Positions 40,145-53,185 are shown, counted from the stretch's first letter. The stretch is 64,000 nt of DNA from Octopus sinensis (GCF_006345805.1 NC_043020.1:26102001-26166000), one strand, 5' to 3'. The notes: generated from the letters alone by a model not told the origin. Made by a program: numbers and translations.

Positions 40145-40544
40145 AATAATAATAATAAAAGTATTCATACATTCATCAGTAATAAACGTTGTCACAGGAA
40201 TTTGCAAATTTCTGGGAATAGGTAAAAAAAAAAGCTAACAAAAGGTATGAAGACGATGAATAAGAAAACATAGCGTGTGGGCAGGAATTTTAGAAACTTG
40301 ATGTAAATTAGCCACATTAAATAAATAGATAATTACTGAAATTGCACAATAATTAAGCAAAGCAAAGCCTTTGGAACCTGTTCTTCTTCTTGCTAGTTCT
40401 GCGACTGTCTGCTACTTTCTCTGTATCTCAAATTACTTCTCTCTCTCTTCCTCTCTCTCTATTCCTCTCTCTCTTCCATTCTCTCTCTCTCTCTCTCTCT
40501 CTATTCCTCTCTTGTCCATCAGAGCAGGAAGCTCTTAAGTTGCT

Positions 40545-40820
40545 CTTACTCTCACAATTGTAAAGACCCTCTTCGGTCATGAATGACCATGGGATTGCAT
40601 CTAGGAAGTTACCCTCCCAGGCACCAAGTCCGGGCAAGGTTGTTTTAAGGAAGACCAGCAGTCGCCCATACCTACCGGCCTCTCCTCTCCAAGCCACCGA
40701 TGTTATCCAAGGGAAAGGCAAAGGTCGATACAGCTTGGCACCGTGACGTCGCAACTCATTTCTACAGCTGAGTGAACTGGAGCAACGTGAAATAGAGTGT
40801 CTTGCTCAAGAACACAACAC
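40545..40820. mobile_element. SINE-like repeat remnant
   Basis: Reverse complement contains gtgttgtgttcttgagcaagacactct...gctccagttcactcagctgtagaaatg, resembling V/Ceph-type SINE cores (recall). Confidence 0.45.
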
Positions 40821-41407
40821 AAGTATGGCCTCGTTGTCTCCGGTGAGGGTGGAGGCAGGTGTCATTTGAACTTGTAAGACTATATTGACCCTTTCTGGTC
40901 ACATGTGTTTGCTCACCTGTTCGCTTTCCACCTGCCCATATTGTGCTATAAAAGTGACAACGAACGGTGCGAAAAAGTGACAACGAAAGGTGCGAAATTG
41001 AGCATTAGCGATTGGTTGATAACTGATGAAAAATTAGGGACCTTCTGTGTTTGTCTCCCGTCCGGTTTTACACTCAGTATACGTTATGTGGTATAGCCAG
41101 TGAACAGCAATGACGACACCGGTGTGATTTTGAATCTCTTTAACAATTCAAAATAATGAATTTAATTCCTCTTCATTCTACCTCAGTTCATCTAATTGCA
41201 TTTATTAATCGCTACTTTTCATTTAAAAGAGCCTTTATTTTTATTTGATATTCAATGTGCATTTTCGCTTTTTATCTTCTTACCTTCCCCATGTCTTTTC
41301 CACGTGTAGTTTCTATTTTCTTTTTGAAACACAATGTGACCGCGTGTGTACCGTTGGCGATTTTTTTTCCATCCGTCTTCCCTTCTTTGGATCTTTCCTT
41401 TTCCTAT

Positions 41408-41442
41408 GTTTCTGACGAAGAGCTCCGCTCGAAACGTTAAAC
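41408..41442 (+). ncRNA. Minimal type-I hammerhead motif, intact core
   Basis: gttt-CTGACGA-A-GAGC(tcc)GCTC-GAAA-CGT-T-aaac. It lies inside a pyrimidine-rich ~290-bp element (41230-41520) that ends at (TA)n. Confidence 0.72.
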
Positions 41443-41536
41443 CTTCCTTTCCTTCTTTCCTGAGCGTCCAATAATACTATATTTGTTCCACGTCCTCGCG
41501 TTTTCATGTTTGAATTAACTTCATATATATATATAT

Positions 41537-41597
<61 letters not shown>

Positions 41598-41951
41598 TAC
41601 ATCACTCTCAGCGCACCAGGTAGTCATCCATATATTGCCCTGATCTATGTATTGCAGTATGAACCTATGAGCCGATGTGTGGTTCACCGAATCGGCTTGT
41701 TACCACTTCCCTCACTCGTTCTTTAAAACCAGACAGAACCTCTTCTATATCTTACTACGTTTAATGATCCTCCGTCAATCGAACAGGAGTTGAATCAATT
41801 GCTCTTTTGCGGGCACGCTGCATGGCAGAAGTTTGTCACTTTTTCTCTTTGCCTTTTGTATGGACAATCTGTTGGGCAAAGAGGTACTTGCTTTTGTGAC
41901 AAACAGTTACCAGGTTTCCTTCTCCGCTTAGTTTTTCTCCAAATGACTTAC

Positions 41952-42032
41952 TCTGTCGCTTGGAAAAATGTGAGCCATGTTGTTTTTTGTTGTTGTCAAC
42001 AAGGTTGTCATAAGATTCTTTTTTTTTAACGA
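41952..42032 (-). other. Candidate 81-nt exon of an unidentified minus-strand gene
   Basis: Acceptor ttttttacag| and donor aga|gtaagt. Open in phase 0 (SLKKKNLMTTLLTTTKNNMAHIFPSDR) and in phase 1. Splice-signal evidence only. Confidence 0.2.
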
Positions 42033-42852
42033 CTGTAAAAAAGTGTTTGTTCTAGTTTGAAATTTTTGGAGACTTTCCTGCTTGGCGAAGACATTTTGTT
42101 TACGAACGAAGAAAAAATATATGTATTATTATATATTTTTTTTTTGGCGTTTTTTCGCTAATTAAAATCTTTTCCCCAAACGAAGAATAAAAATGTTGCA
42201 AACAATTAATTACCTTTCTAGCTAGAAAGTTAATGATCTTCCTCTGTTTATACTTACCTCCAGCCTCTCTCTCTCAACGGCTACATCACCTCCCACATAA
42301 TGTCTTCATCGATATGCTTAAATTCACTTCTTCATCACTTCCACCCGCCATTCTAATTCTAATTCACTCCGACTTTCGCTATTATAGCAATTATAATTTT
42401 AAAGAAACAAATTAAATATTGTTCATGTATAAAAAGTGGACAAATAATTACTTTCACGTTTTATTATTCAATAACTTTAAATTTTTCAAAAGTTGTTAAA
42501 TGTTTTAAAGATTTTATAAATTTTGATTTTTCTATAAATATTTGAAAGTCGTTTTCTTTTCTTTTCGCTACTGTTTTCGTTTCTCTTTCATATTTCAGTA
42601 TATGCTTTGATCTTTCTTTAAAAGTTATGAAAGGACACAGTTGACAATCTTATTCAAAAAGTCGAGATTATAATACACACTCACGCACATACACATTCAT
42701 GTTTGTTTTTATGTCAAGATATATACAAAATCTATTTAATATTAAAACTGAAGGATTACTGAATACTTTCTAGCGGTGTCCTATATGTATTAAGCTTTTA
42801 CAAAGAAAAGATTAACAGATGCTTCGCTGTTTCATCTTGCTCGCCAAGACGT

Positions 42853-42896
42853 GCAGTCTGACGAAGGTAAACGACCTGAAACTTCGAAGAGACTGC
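42853..42896 (+). ncRNA. Hammerhead-like motif with a probably mutated cleavage site
   Basis: gcagt-CTGACGA-AGGT(aaacg)ACCT-GAAA-CTTCGAAG-AG-actgc. Stems I and II are perfect, but AG stands where UH is required. Confidence 0.5.
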
Positions 42897-42924
42897 CAAC
42901 CTTTTTGCTTGTAAAAATTCTATT

Positions 42925-43468
42925 CTTTTATTTGTTTCAGTCATTTGACTGTAGCCATGTTGGAGCAACACCTTTAGGCGAGCAAACCGACCCCAGGACT
43001 TATTCTATTGACAAACTGGTAAGTTACGGGGACGTAAACACACCAGCATCGGTTGTCAAACAATGGTGGGGGACTAACACTGGCACACAAACATAAACAC
43101 ACACACACATATATATATATATACGACGGGCTTCTTTCAGTTTTCGTCTACCAAATCCACTCACAAGGCTTTGGTCGGCCCAAGGCTATAGTAGAAGAAA
43201 CTTGCCCAAGGTGCCACGCAGTGGGACTGAACCCGAATTCATGTGGTTGGTAAGCAAGCTCGTTACGACACAGCCACTCCTGCGCCTATACATATATATA
43301 TATATACGACGGGCTTCTTTCAGTTTCCGTCTACCAAATCCACTCACAAGGCTTTGGTGGCCCGAGGCTATAGTAGAAGACACCTGCCCAAAGTGTCACG
43401 CTGTGGGACTGAACCCAGAACCATGTGGTTGGTAAGCAAGCTACTTACCACACAGCCACTCCTGCGCT
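42925..43468 (-). mobile_element. SINE family B with a second head segment joined through a TA tract
   Basis: The head block acgacgggcttctttcag...cagccactcctgcgc occurs at ~43123-43286 and ~43305-43468. Confidence 0.8.
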
Positions 43469-43629
43469 CCTATGGAAAGTTTGAAAAAACTGTTTTGGCA
43501 TCAATCACCATTACACGTGTTTCATTTGATGATAGGAAGCACAGAATTGTACAAGTTGGATAGATATATAAAAAATTTCTTAGAAATTCTTCAGACAGAA
43601 AATCAAATAATATTTAATACTATTTGATT

Positions 43630-44399
43630 CTCTGCTAGAAGAAACACGTCAGCTACTGAGGCCTTGTGGAAAGAAGTAAGGAGGCATCACATGTCCTTTA
43701 TTGCTGACAACCCCTAAAACTATGACAGTTACAGGAAATTTTGTATGCATAACACTTTGAACTTCAGAAGGGTTTGCACATAACCATCTGTCATTTCTTC
43801 TGTTAACTTTTTGATCTTGGTCGAAGTTTTTCTCATTTGAGAAAAACGAAATCACATCTTCTTCTGCTGGGTTTTTCATTTTGTTAAAGAGCCTTTTAGA
43901 CCTGATGTAGTGATTTTCTTTTGCTTTTTCTGACAATTTAACCTTTCCTCATCATATAAGACTTGTATCTGATGTCTTCGTGGACATCATTTCTGACTGT
44001 TCCTTCTGACACATGGAGATCTTTTGCAATTGACCTCATGGACTTTCTTGAATTGGAATCAATGGTCTGTTGAACTTGTTGGATAAATTCAGGTGTTCTG
44101 TTGATTTCAGAAGTTTAAATTGCATTTTATGCTTTGATACTGGTGATACGTTTCCATCTTCAGTCTCTAGCTCCGTACAAACTTTGTAGATGAAAGATCT
44201 GGCAACTTTTAAAACTCGAGTCATTCCTAAATCGCTATGCTCAGGCTTTATAACTACAATAACAGCATACCTCTTCATTTCTTGAGTAAGCTGAGGGTCT
44301 GACATTATTATTTTCTGAAACAAAGATCATACAAAGTTAGCAAAAAATGCAGTAATGACCCCCAAAAAAGGAATGTCCTCAACTACCTTATGCACCCTG
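43630..44399 (-). mobile_element. Truncated Tc1/mariner transposon (maT/DD37D-like)
   Basis: FFSNEKNFDQDQKVNRRNDRWL...HTKFPVTVIVLGVVSNKGHVMPPYFF (43649-43936), an HTH-like N-terminus at 44036-44323, and a 5' TIR starting TA|CAGGGTGC at ~44399. Confidence 0.85.
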
Positions 44400-44826
44400 T
44401 ATATATATACATACATACATACATAAATACATATGCATACACACAACGAGCTTCTTTCAGTTTCCATGTACGAAATTTACTCACACTTGCCCAAAATGCC
44501 ACGCTGTAGGATTGAACCCGGAACCATGTGGTTGGTAAGCAAGCTGTCTTACCACACAGCCATGCTCGCGCCTATGTAGAGATGATTCGTTAATCACTGA
44601 TTCAGTTTTCACTGTTTTTTATTGTCCCCCTCCTCCCGCCCGTGATAAATGAAGATAGATATATTATCATACTTTTCTCTTTTCCTTTTTTTTTCTTCTA
44701 CCGTTTCTCTGTAATTCTTCCACCTGTTCCAAACATCAAGCATCATTTGAAAGGCTGACAATTTTCTTGCTCCGAAGAACGGCAGTCAGCTAGAGAACGG
44801 TGCTTAGCTGAGCAAGAAGGACTTAC

Positions 44827-44850
44827 TGGTTCTATTGAAATGCTTCTCAG
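44827..44850 (-). other. Candidate 24-nt microexon
   Basis: Branch-like cattaac, then ttcttcacatttctcacaacggcag|CTGAGAAGCATTTCAATAGAACCA|gtaagt. Confidence 0.2.
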
Positions 44851-45076
44851 CTGCCGTTGTGAGAAATGTGAAGAATTTGGGGAAGTTAATGGTTTCTTTC
44901 TTTTTTTTTTATTTTCATTTTTGAAGAATTTGAAATCAGATAAAAATTACGAAAAAGAGAAAAAGAAAAACCAATATTCTTTTATGTCGTGTCATTAAGT
45001 ATATCGGATTGGAAACTTCTGGAATGCACCCGGCGTGCACTAATGCGTGTCTGTATATTAGCTTCATGTATGTGTA

Positions 45077-45130
<54 letters not shown>

Positions 45131-45773
45131 TGTGTGTGTGTGTGTGCATTTGTGTGTCTGATTGTCTATGTGTATGTATATATTGGTCTGTCTACATATG
45201 TATGTGTATTGGTCTGTATATGCGTGCGTGTGTATGTATTGGTCTGTATATGTGTGTCTGTATTTGTATGTGTGTGTTTGTGTATCTGTATATGTGAATG
45301 TGTGTGCGTGTCCGTACATTGGTGTATGTATATATGTGTGAGTGTGTGTGTGTTTATATATATATATATATATATATATAACTGTAAATTTATGTATCTA
45401 TAAATGTGTACACATATCAGTGTGTGTGTATGTCTCTACGCACGTTTGTGTATGAAACTTTAGTGTATACATTATCAGATATATACGTACATAAATACAC
45501 ACACACATATACACCTATACATATACACGTGCGTGTGTGCGCATGTCTGTGCTCTAAGCGTTAACTACAAAGTATTTACCACTAAACTCCAATCTAACGT
45601 GTCGTAGAGACATGAATAACGTGATAATGTTTATATTAATCGATAGTGTCCTTTTTATTTTTTACTTCTTTTTCCTTATATTCACATGCAAAAAGAAAAA
45701 TTCAGCGGAGTTTTTTATAGCCTCTGTATATGATATGTATGTGTGTGTGTGCGTGTATGAGTGTGGATGTATA

Positions 45774-45808
<35 letters not shown>

Positions 45809-45943
45809 TTGTGTGTGTGTATATATATGTATATATGTGTGTGTTTGTATATATGTATATATAGGGAGAATTCACAAAAGACGAAGACAGGTGGTGTTGA
45901 CAACAAACAGATGTCTTAGTAGAATGCTTGGGAAGTGAAAAAG

Positions 45944-45980
45944 TCTTTAACGTTTCGAGCCTACGCTCTTCCACAGAAGC
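45944..45980 (-). ncRNA. Variant-core hammerhead motif (CUGUGGA)
   Basis: gctt-CTGTGGA-A-GAGC(gtag)GCTC-GAAA-CGT-T-aaaga. Stem I is weak. Confidence 0.4.
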
Positions 45981-46196
45981 GAACACAGAAAGAAACAAGG
46001 AGAGAAAATAAAGAATGTGTAGTGGCTATCGATCTATCATATATATATGTGTGTGTATATATGTATATATATCTGTGTGTGTATGTGCGCGCAAATACGT
46101 ATACATGTGAATATATAATGTTTGTGTGTATATCGCCATGTTGATTCGCTAGCTTCTGCACGCATTTTTTTTCTCTCCTTGTTTCTTTTCTGTGTA

Positions 46197-46234
46197 TCTT
46201 TCTGTTGAAGAGCGTAGGCTCGAAACGTAAAAGA
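46197..46234 (+). ncRNA. Variant-core hammerhead motif (CUGUUGA)
   Basis: tcttt-CTGTTGA-A-GAGC(gtag)GCTC-GAAA-CGT-A-aaaga. Perfect stems and a GUA triplet, but A6 is replaced by U. Confidence 0.55.
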
Positions 46235-46330
46235 CTTGTTTTATTTATATTCCTGAGCGCCATACTAATACAATTATTTGTTTGTATTCCACCTGCCTTC
46301 GTTTTTTGTTTATTTTCATAAAGCTTCCCG

Positions 46331-46388
<58 letters not shown>

Positions 46389-47070
46389 CTGAAATTTACA
46401 GAAAAACAAAAGATGAAGACAGGTGTACGAACAACAAGCAGGTGTATTAGTTTGACGCTGGGGAAAAATGAAAAAAAGTCTTTAACGTTTCGAGCCTACG
46501 CTTATGCACACCCGCTATGTGTGTATGAGATGAGTACATCTCTTTGTGGTAGGAAAGAAACACATAATTCCGGGTGAAGATGATACCTAATTCAATTAAC
46601 TCTTGAAATGTCTCGGTTTACTAACTTCATGTATCTTAGTTCCAGCCCACGTCTGTACACATTGCAGACGTTCTACCATTGGACCTAAATGAACCTAAGC
46701 AATCCCGCGAATTCCTCTAACCATTTTAGAAACTTTATTCTCACCTGAGATGAATATTGTGGACCCAGTATTTACACGCTATTATTCATAGTTTTATGTG
46801 CTTCGAGATTCATTGCTCCCCACCCAAGATTATTTCACGTTGTCTCGGAAGTTTAAATATTCTTCTGACGTCACTAACATACAATTCTCGCTGGTAAGGG
46901 TGTATGTGTGTGCGCGTACTTTCTTAGATTACTCTACCTTCGGTATTCGAGTACTATTTTCCACACTTTGTTTTGTATTTATGTACTTACTCCTCTGTGT
47001 GTGTGTGTGTATTGGGAGGCATGCAGTGGGACTGAACCCAGAACCATGTATTTGAGAAACCAGCTTCTTA

Positions 47071-47648
47071 CCTATTTCTTTACTACCCACAAGGGGCTAA
47101 ACACAGAGAGGACAAACAAGGACAGAAAATTGAATTAAGTCGATTATATCGAACCCGGTGCGTAACTGGTACTTATTTAATCGACCCCGAAAGGATGAAA
47201 GGCAAAGTCGGCCTCGGCGAAATTTGAACTCAGAACGTAACGGCAGACGAAATACCTATTTCTTTACTGCCCACAAGGGGCTAAACACAGAGAGGACAAA
47301 TGAGGACAGACAAACGGATTAAGTCGAGTATATCGACCCCAGTGCGTAACTGGTACTTATTTAATCGACCCCGAAAGGATGAAAGGTAAAGTCGACCTCG
47401 GCGGAATTTGAACTCAGAACGTAGCGGCAGACGAAATACCTATTTCTTTATTGCCCACAAGGGGCTAAACACAGAGGGGACAAACAAGGACAGACATAGG
47501 TATTAAGTCGATTACATCGACCCCAGTGCGTAACTGGTACTTAATTTATCGACCCCGAAAGGATGAAAGGCAAAGTCGACCTCGGCGGAATTTGAACTCA
47601 CAACGTAACACGCTCGGCGTGTTAACGTCTTTGCCAGCTCACCGCCTT
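47071..47648 (-). mobile_element. SINE family A concatemer (one head, three body-tail units)
   Basis: Units start at 47071, 47255 and 47439, joined by gcagacgaaata|cctatttctt. Confidence 0.88.
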
Positions 47649-47720
47649 ACCATGCAGCCACACCTGCGCCTATGCAGGTGATTCATTTATCACGGTTTCA
47701 GTTTTCACTGCTTTATTAAC

Positions 47721-48262
47721 CGTGAAAAACAAAATAGAGATTTTGAAAGAAGTTTCTATAAAACTAGATTTTAAGCATTGAATGGCTATGTTGGGGTCCA
47801 CCAAAATAAAATTGTAATCAGAGGGGTCCTTAGGTAAAACAATTGTTGAGAAACCCCTGCTAGACAGCTAGGTTTCTTTCTCCAGCATTTTACATCGCTC
47901 AACCTTCGCAAGTGAATGTGTGAAAAATAAAAATTGCAGTTTTGAAAGAAGTTTCTATAAAACTAGGTTTTAAAGGCATTGAACTGTTATGTGGGTCCAC
48001 CAGAATAAAATTGTAATCAGAGGGGTCCAAAGGTAAAACAATTGTTGAGAAACCCCTGCTAGACAGCTAGGTTTCTTTCTCCAACATTTTACATCGCTCA
48101 ACCTTCGCAAGTTAATGTGTGAAAAGCAAAAATAGAAGTTTTGAAAGAAGTTTCTATAAAACTAGGTTTTAAAAGCATAGAATGGTTATGTGGTTCACCA
48201 GAATAAAATTGTAATCAGAGGGGCCCATAGGTAAAAAAAAATGGCTGAAAACCCCTGATCTA
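47721..48262. repeat. Three tandem ~195-bp units, each with a hAT/Charlie-like end
   Basis: ttttgaaagaagtttctataaaactag...gtaatcagagggg...gagaaacccctg occurs three times. Confidence 0.8.
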
Positions 48263-48689
48263 GTGACTTCAATTGTTGCTCGATAATTTCATGTACTAGT
48301 AGCCATAGATACACTATAGACAGATTGTTTTTGAAAGAAAGAATGTAAAAGAAAAAAAATGAGACAGAAGGGTCACCGTTGGAACCCTTTCGAGTTGCTT
48401 TGTAGCTAGCTGTATAAGCAGCTCTACCTTCCTCCTCCCCTTTGAAATAGAGAAAAAAAATTAATAAGAAAAAAAACTGTAGAACCTTATGGCAACGTTA
48501 AGGCTTCTTTGTTATTCAAGTTGTCACATGTAAATGTATACCTTGTATTTTGAATACCTGTTGGTTCGGATTAATTAAAGGTGTGTCTGTGTGTAATGCA
48601 AGATTTGTCTGTGTGTGTGTATGTGTGTGCGCGGATTAAGTCGTGAGTGGTTGATGTGAAAGTAGAGTAGCGCAACGGTGGTAGTACAA

Positions 48690-49075
48690 GGAGACCTTGG
48701 TACTTCCGTATTTTTCTTTCTCACCTTTCCTCTCTTTCTTTTTCTCCGTCCTTCTTTGTTTTTTCTCTTTTTTTCCTCTTTGTCTCTTTCTCTCCTCCTT
48801 AGTCTTCTTTCGTCCCCTCTCTCTCTTTCTTCTTTTTCACTTTTCTCTTTCTCTTTTCTTTCCTTTCTCTTCTCTTTCTTCCCTCCTTTATCTTCTCTTT
48901 CTTTCTTTCTCTTTATCCCTCTTCCTTTTCACTTTTCTTTTTATCCATCTATTTTTCTTCTCTCTCTCTCTCTTTCTTTCATTCTCGCTCTCTTTTTCTT
49001 TTTCTCTCTTTCATTCTCTCTTTCGTCTTCTAATCTCTCTACCTCTCATCTTTCACTTTTATCTCATCTACATCA
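48690..49075. repeat. Pyrimidine-rich low-complexity tract
   Basis: Direct inspection. Confidence 0.9.
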
Positions 49076-50113
49076 ACACTTTTACACATACAGATTCAAA
49101 GAAAAACACACACGTAATTTGTGTGCGCGCGCACACACACACACACACTTTCTTTTTTACACACACGTGTGTAATTATGTATATATATTTTTTTCCAGTT
49201 CACGTGCACCAAACGACTGATTATATTGTCCAGTCTGGTTTACTAATCAGGTGTCCTTCGTCTTTTAAGTCACTAAGGGAGATTTAGTTACTATTTCTAG
49301 CAAATCCCTCTCTCATTAGTTCGTGTGTGTGTGTGATTTGAGGAAGATTAAGTCGGTATTTATAACGGATCTATCTTGTCGATGTCTCCCTCGTAGATTC
49401 ACACACATATACACACATATATACAAACACACGCACATACACACATACATACAGTATGGTGTGATTTGGGGGAGAATTGGCAACTATTTCTGTTACATCT
49501 AGCCAGATGTCGTGACCCTAATTGGCACAGGAAAATATGAGACATTACCTATTTCTTTACTACCCACAAGGGGCTAAACACAGAGGTGACAAACAAGGAC
49601 AGACAAACGGATTAAGTCGATTACATTGACCCCAGTGCGTAACTGGTACTTATTTTATCGACGCCCAAAGGATGAAAGGCAAAGTCGACCTCGGCGGAAT
49701 TTGAACTCGGAACGTAACGGCAGACGAAATTTCGCCCGGCGTGCTAACATTACCGTGTCATTGGAGGTGGGGAGATTTGGCTGCTATTAGTATGAAGCCT
49801 AGCTAAATGAACAGGTCTCTTTGGATTGAGTAAACGCAGCTTATAAATTTAAATTATGTATTACAGTTATTCAATCATACATTTAATTGTGTTTATCCTA
49901 ATGGAACAGCTGTTGAACATGATAATGCATGAACCATGTGTAAAATTTATGCTTTTGTGTTATAATTCTTGAAATGTCGCTCTATGAATTGATTTAGCCG
50001 GTGATGTATATACATCCAGGTTGGTCCTAATTTCGTAACATGTTGGAGTTGAACAACCTGTTATTTTTATTGATCTCTAAGTAATCGTGGATTTATCTTT
50101 CGATGTTTATTAA

Positions 50114-50153
<40 letters not shown>

Positions 50154-50169
50154 CATAAACGTGGTATTT

Positions 50170-50570
50170 CTATTTCTTTACTACCCAGAAGGGGACAAAC
50201 AAGGACAGACAAACGGATTAAGTCGATTATATCGACCTCAGTGCGTAACTGGTACTTATTTAATCGACCCCGAAAGAATGAAAGGCAAAGTCGACCTTAG
50301 CGGAATTTGAACTCAGAACGTAACGGCAGACGAAATACCTATTTCTTTACTACCCACAAGGGGTTATACACAGAAGAGACAAACAAGGACACACAAACGG
50401 ATTAAGTCGATTACATCGACCTCAGTGCGTAACTGGTACTTAATTTATCGACCCCGAAAGAATAAAAGGCAAAGTCGACCTCAGCGGAATTGAACTCAGA
50501 ACGTAGCGGCAAACGAAATACCGCAAAGCATTTCGACCGGCGTGCTAACGATTCTGCCAGCTCACTGCCT
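50170..50570 (-). mobile_element. SINE family A dimer with the same junction as the 47-kb array
   Basis: Junction gcagacgaaata|cctatttct at 50337/50338. Confidence 0.85.
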
Positions 50571-50689
50571 TTCTGTTATAAACTTGGTATTTCGCTGTGT
50601 AGATGGTGTCTGTATCTACACACAACTTGGTACATCATGGTACCCAAGCCATAGTCACTTTCCGGTGACGGTTATAGTTTTTCTACTCT

Positions 50690-50880
50690 TCAGAGCTTAC
50701 TGGTCTCGTTTCAACTCCACCCGACACCTCTCGTCTCTTCTCCTCCAAAACTTCCCCGTCACCCAAATAATGTCCATCACTCCCTGTTCCGGCCACACTA
50801 CTCAGCCAATCTTTCCTATCCATAAATGTCATCACCTCTGGAATTCTCTCCCTGCCCCTGAAGTCGTCATATTCCTGTTG
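50690..50880 (+). mobile_element. Degenerate CR1/L2-type LINE C-terminal fragment
   Basis: Translation ...TR...HHLWNSLPAPEVV resembles the WNSLP.EVV motif ending CR1-group ORF2. Confidence 0.35.
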
Positions 50881-52039
50881 TTTATGAACTGGTACTTAAT
50901 TGCAACTGGTACTTAATTTATCGACCCCGAAAGGATGAAAGGTAAAGTCGGCCTCGACGGAATTTGAACTCAGGACGTAAAGTCGGACGAAATGCCGCTA
51001 AGTATTTTCTCCGACGTGCTAATGATTCTGTCAGCACCCCGCCTTAATAATAGTAATAATAATAATAATAGTTTCAAATTTTGCCACAAGGGCAGCGGTT
51101 TTTTTGCGGAGGGGAGTGATGAGTCGTTTATATCGACCGCAGTGCATAACTGGTACTTATTTAATCGACTCCGAAAGGATGAAAGGTAAAGTCGACCTCG
51201 GCAGAATTTGAACTCAGAACGTAGCGGCGGGCGAAATACCGCTAAGCATTTCATCCAGCGCGCTAACGATTCTGCCAGTTCGCCGCCTTAATAATAATAA
51301 CGATGATGATGATGGTAAGAAGAAGAAATAAAATTGGTGTTTCAAAACACTCTTCCTACTTTCCTCCTACATTTACCATTCTTCCATCTCAATTTCTTCA
51401 ATAAATAAAAGTCTTTGTATACAGCACTACTGCATATCATTAACGGCTTTATATTAAAGTAGTTTTGTACACGGCACTATCACATAATTTCTTATACTAG
51501 TCTCGTGTACAACACTATTGCATAGCATTAACAGCTTTCTATCAAAATCTTGTATAGAAAAATATTACATGATAGAAAAAAAAAGCCTTCACTTATCACA
51601 AATTAGCATCTTTAAATCAATATTAATGAAAATTAGCCGAACAAAAAGTGTTAATAATGATGGTTAAGGATTTTTTCAGTCCCAAAATAGAATTTCGCCG
51701 GTGGAATGCCAAAAGTTGCCCCAGGTTAATTGTTAGTGTAATCACTGTATCTTCTCCTTCACCTGTGTATATATGTGTATGTATGTATGTGTGCAGGAAT
51801 GTGTATGCGTATACGCATAGTCATAGATATGCACATACACATTAATACACACACACATATACATATATACACACACACTACTAGAGGGAAAATAATTGTG
51901 AATATAAAGCCTTTGTGTGCGCGCATATATGTGTTGTGTGTGTGTATATGTGTGTATATATATGTGTGTGTGGTGTGTGTATATATATATAGTGTGTATA
52001 TATATATATATATATATTATGTGTGTGTTGTGTTGTGTG

Positions 52040-52086
<47 letters not shown>

Positions 52087-52245
52087 GTGTGTGTGTGTGT
52101 TTGTATATATATATATGTGTGTGTGTGTGTATATATATATATGTGTGTGTGTGTGTATATATATATATGTGCGTGTTTCTGTGTATGTGCACAAATACAC
52201 ACGTTTGAGTGTGTGTATGTATGTGTATATCTACATACATTACGC

Positions 52246-52287
<42 letters not shown>

Positions 52288-52388
52288 ATGCCATGTGACA
52301 TTTTCTATAGTACGAAAATAAAACCTATCAAAAGTTTATTTTTAAATCTTTTTATATCGTTACTATTGTTTTTTGTTTTGTTTGTGTA

Positions 52389-52431
<43 letters not shown>

Positions 52432-52551
52432 CTATACGTTCTCTACGAAGTGTTAGTATTTTCCTGGAGAATGGTTCTGTTGATAACTTGGAGTGGTGAA
52501 GGTAGCGGAAGGAGAAATTTCTAAAAGGTCACCATTTTAAATGATTCTCTA

Positions 52552-52582
<31 letters not shown>

Positions 52583-52959
52583 AGAGAGAGAATCAGTCTG
52601 TGTGAAGTTGTGATATTATTGCTGTGCTGAATATTCATGTGTGTGCATATGTTTATATAACTTTACATGCCTGCATCTTTGTGTGTTTGTGTATGTATGA
52701 ATGTCGGTAGATAGACATATGTATGTTAAATTCTGCGTTTTAACCCCTCTGAATTCACCAACTTGCAACAACTTCTACCACTGCTATCTGATAACACACT
52801 CACCAGATTTACAGTGCTCCTGCTCCTTACAGCGAAGAAGAGTGCGATTTTCGTTCCCGCTGATACTTGATAGGTATACTGAGACGTTAGAGAAAGGAGA
52901 GTGTGAGTATAAGATTGCAAGTGTTGCACACACGAGAAAGGAGAGTGTGTATAAGATTG

Positions 52960-53185
52960 CAAGGCAGAAACGTTAGCACGCCGGACTAAATGCTTAGCGG
53001 TATTTCGTCTGCTGCTACGTTCTGAGTTTAAATTCCGCCGAGGTTGACTTTGCCTTTCATCCTTTCGGGGTCGATTAAATAAGTACCAGTTACGCACTGG
53101 GGTCGATATAATCGACTTAATCCGTTTGTCTGTCCTTGTTTGTCCCCTCTGTGTTTAGCCCCTTGTGGGTAGTAAAGAAATAAGT
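52960..53185 (+). mobile_element. SINE family A
   Basis: ggcagaaacgttagcacgccgg...gtcgattaaataagtaccag...ccccttgtgggtagtaaagaaata. Confidence 0.85.

Larger units (their letters stand above)
45864..46331. mobile_element. Head-to-head pair of ~195-bp hammerhead-bearing elements, 3' ends facing (TA)n
   Basis: 45864-46038 (minus) and 46133-46331 (plus) are homologous. Further copies lie at 46388-46500 (partial) and 60288-60478. Confidence 0.75.

Noticed and set aside
41590-42094. Protein-looking minus-strand reading (MSSPSRK...DIEEVLSGFKERV...)
   Set aside because: It needs a frameshift and contains about five stops, with no recognisable domain. It is not distinguishable from chance.
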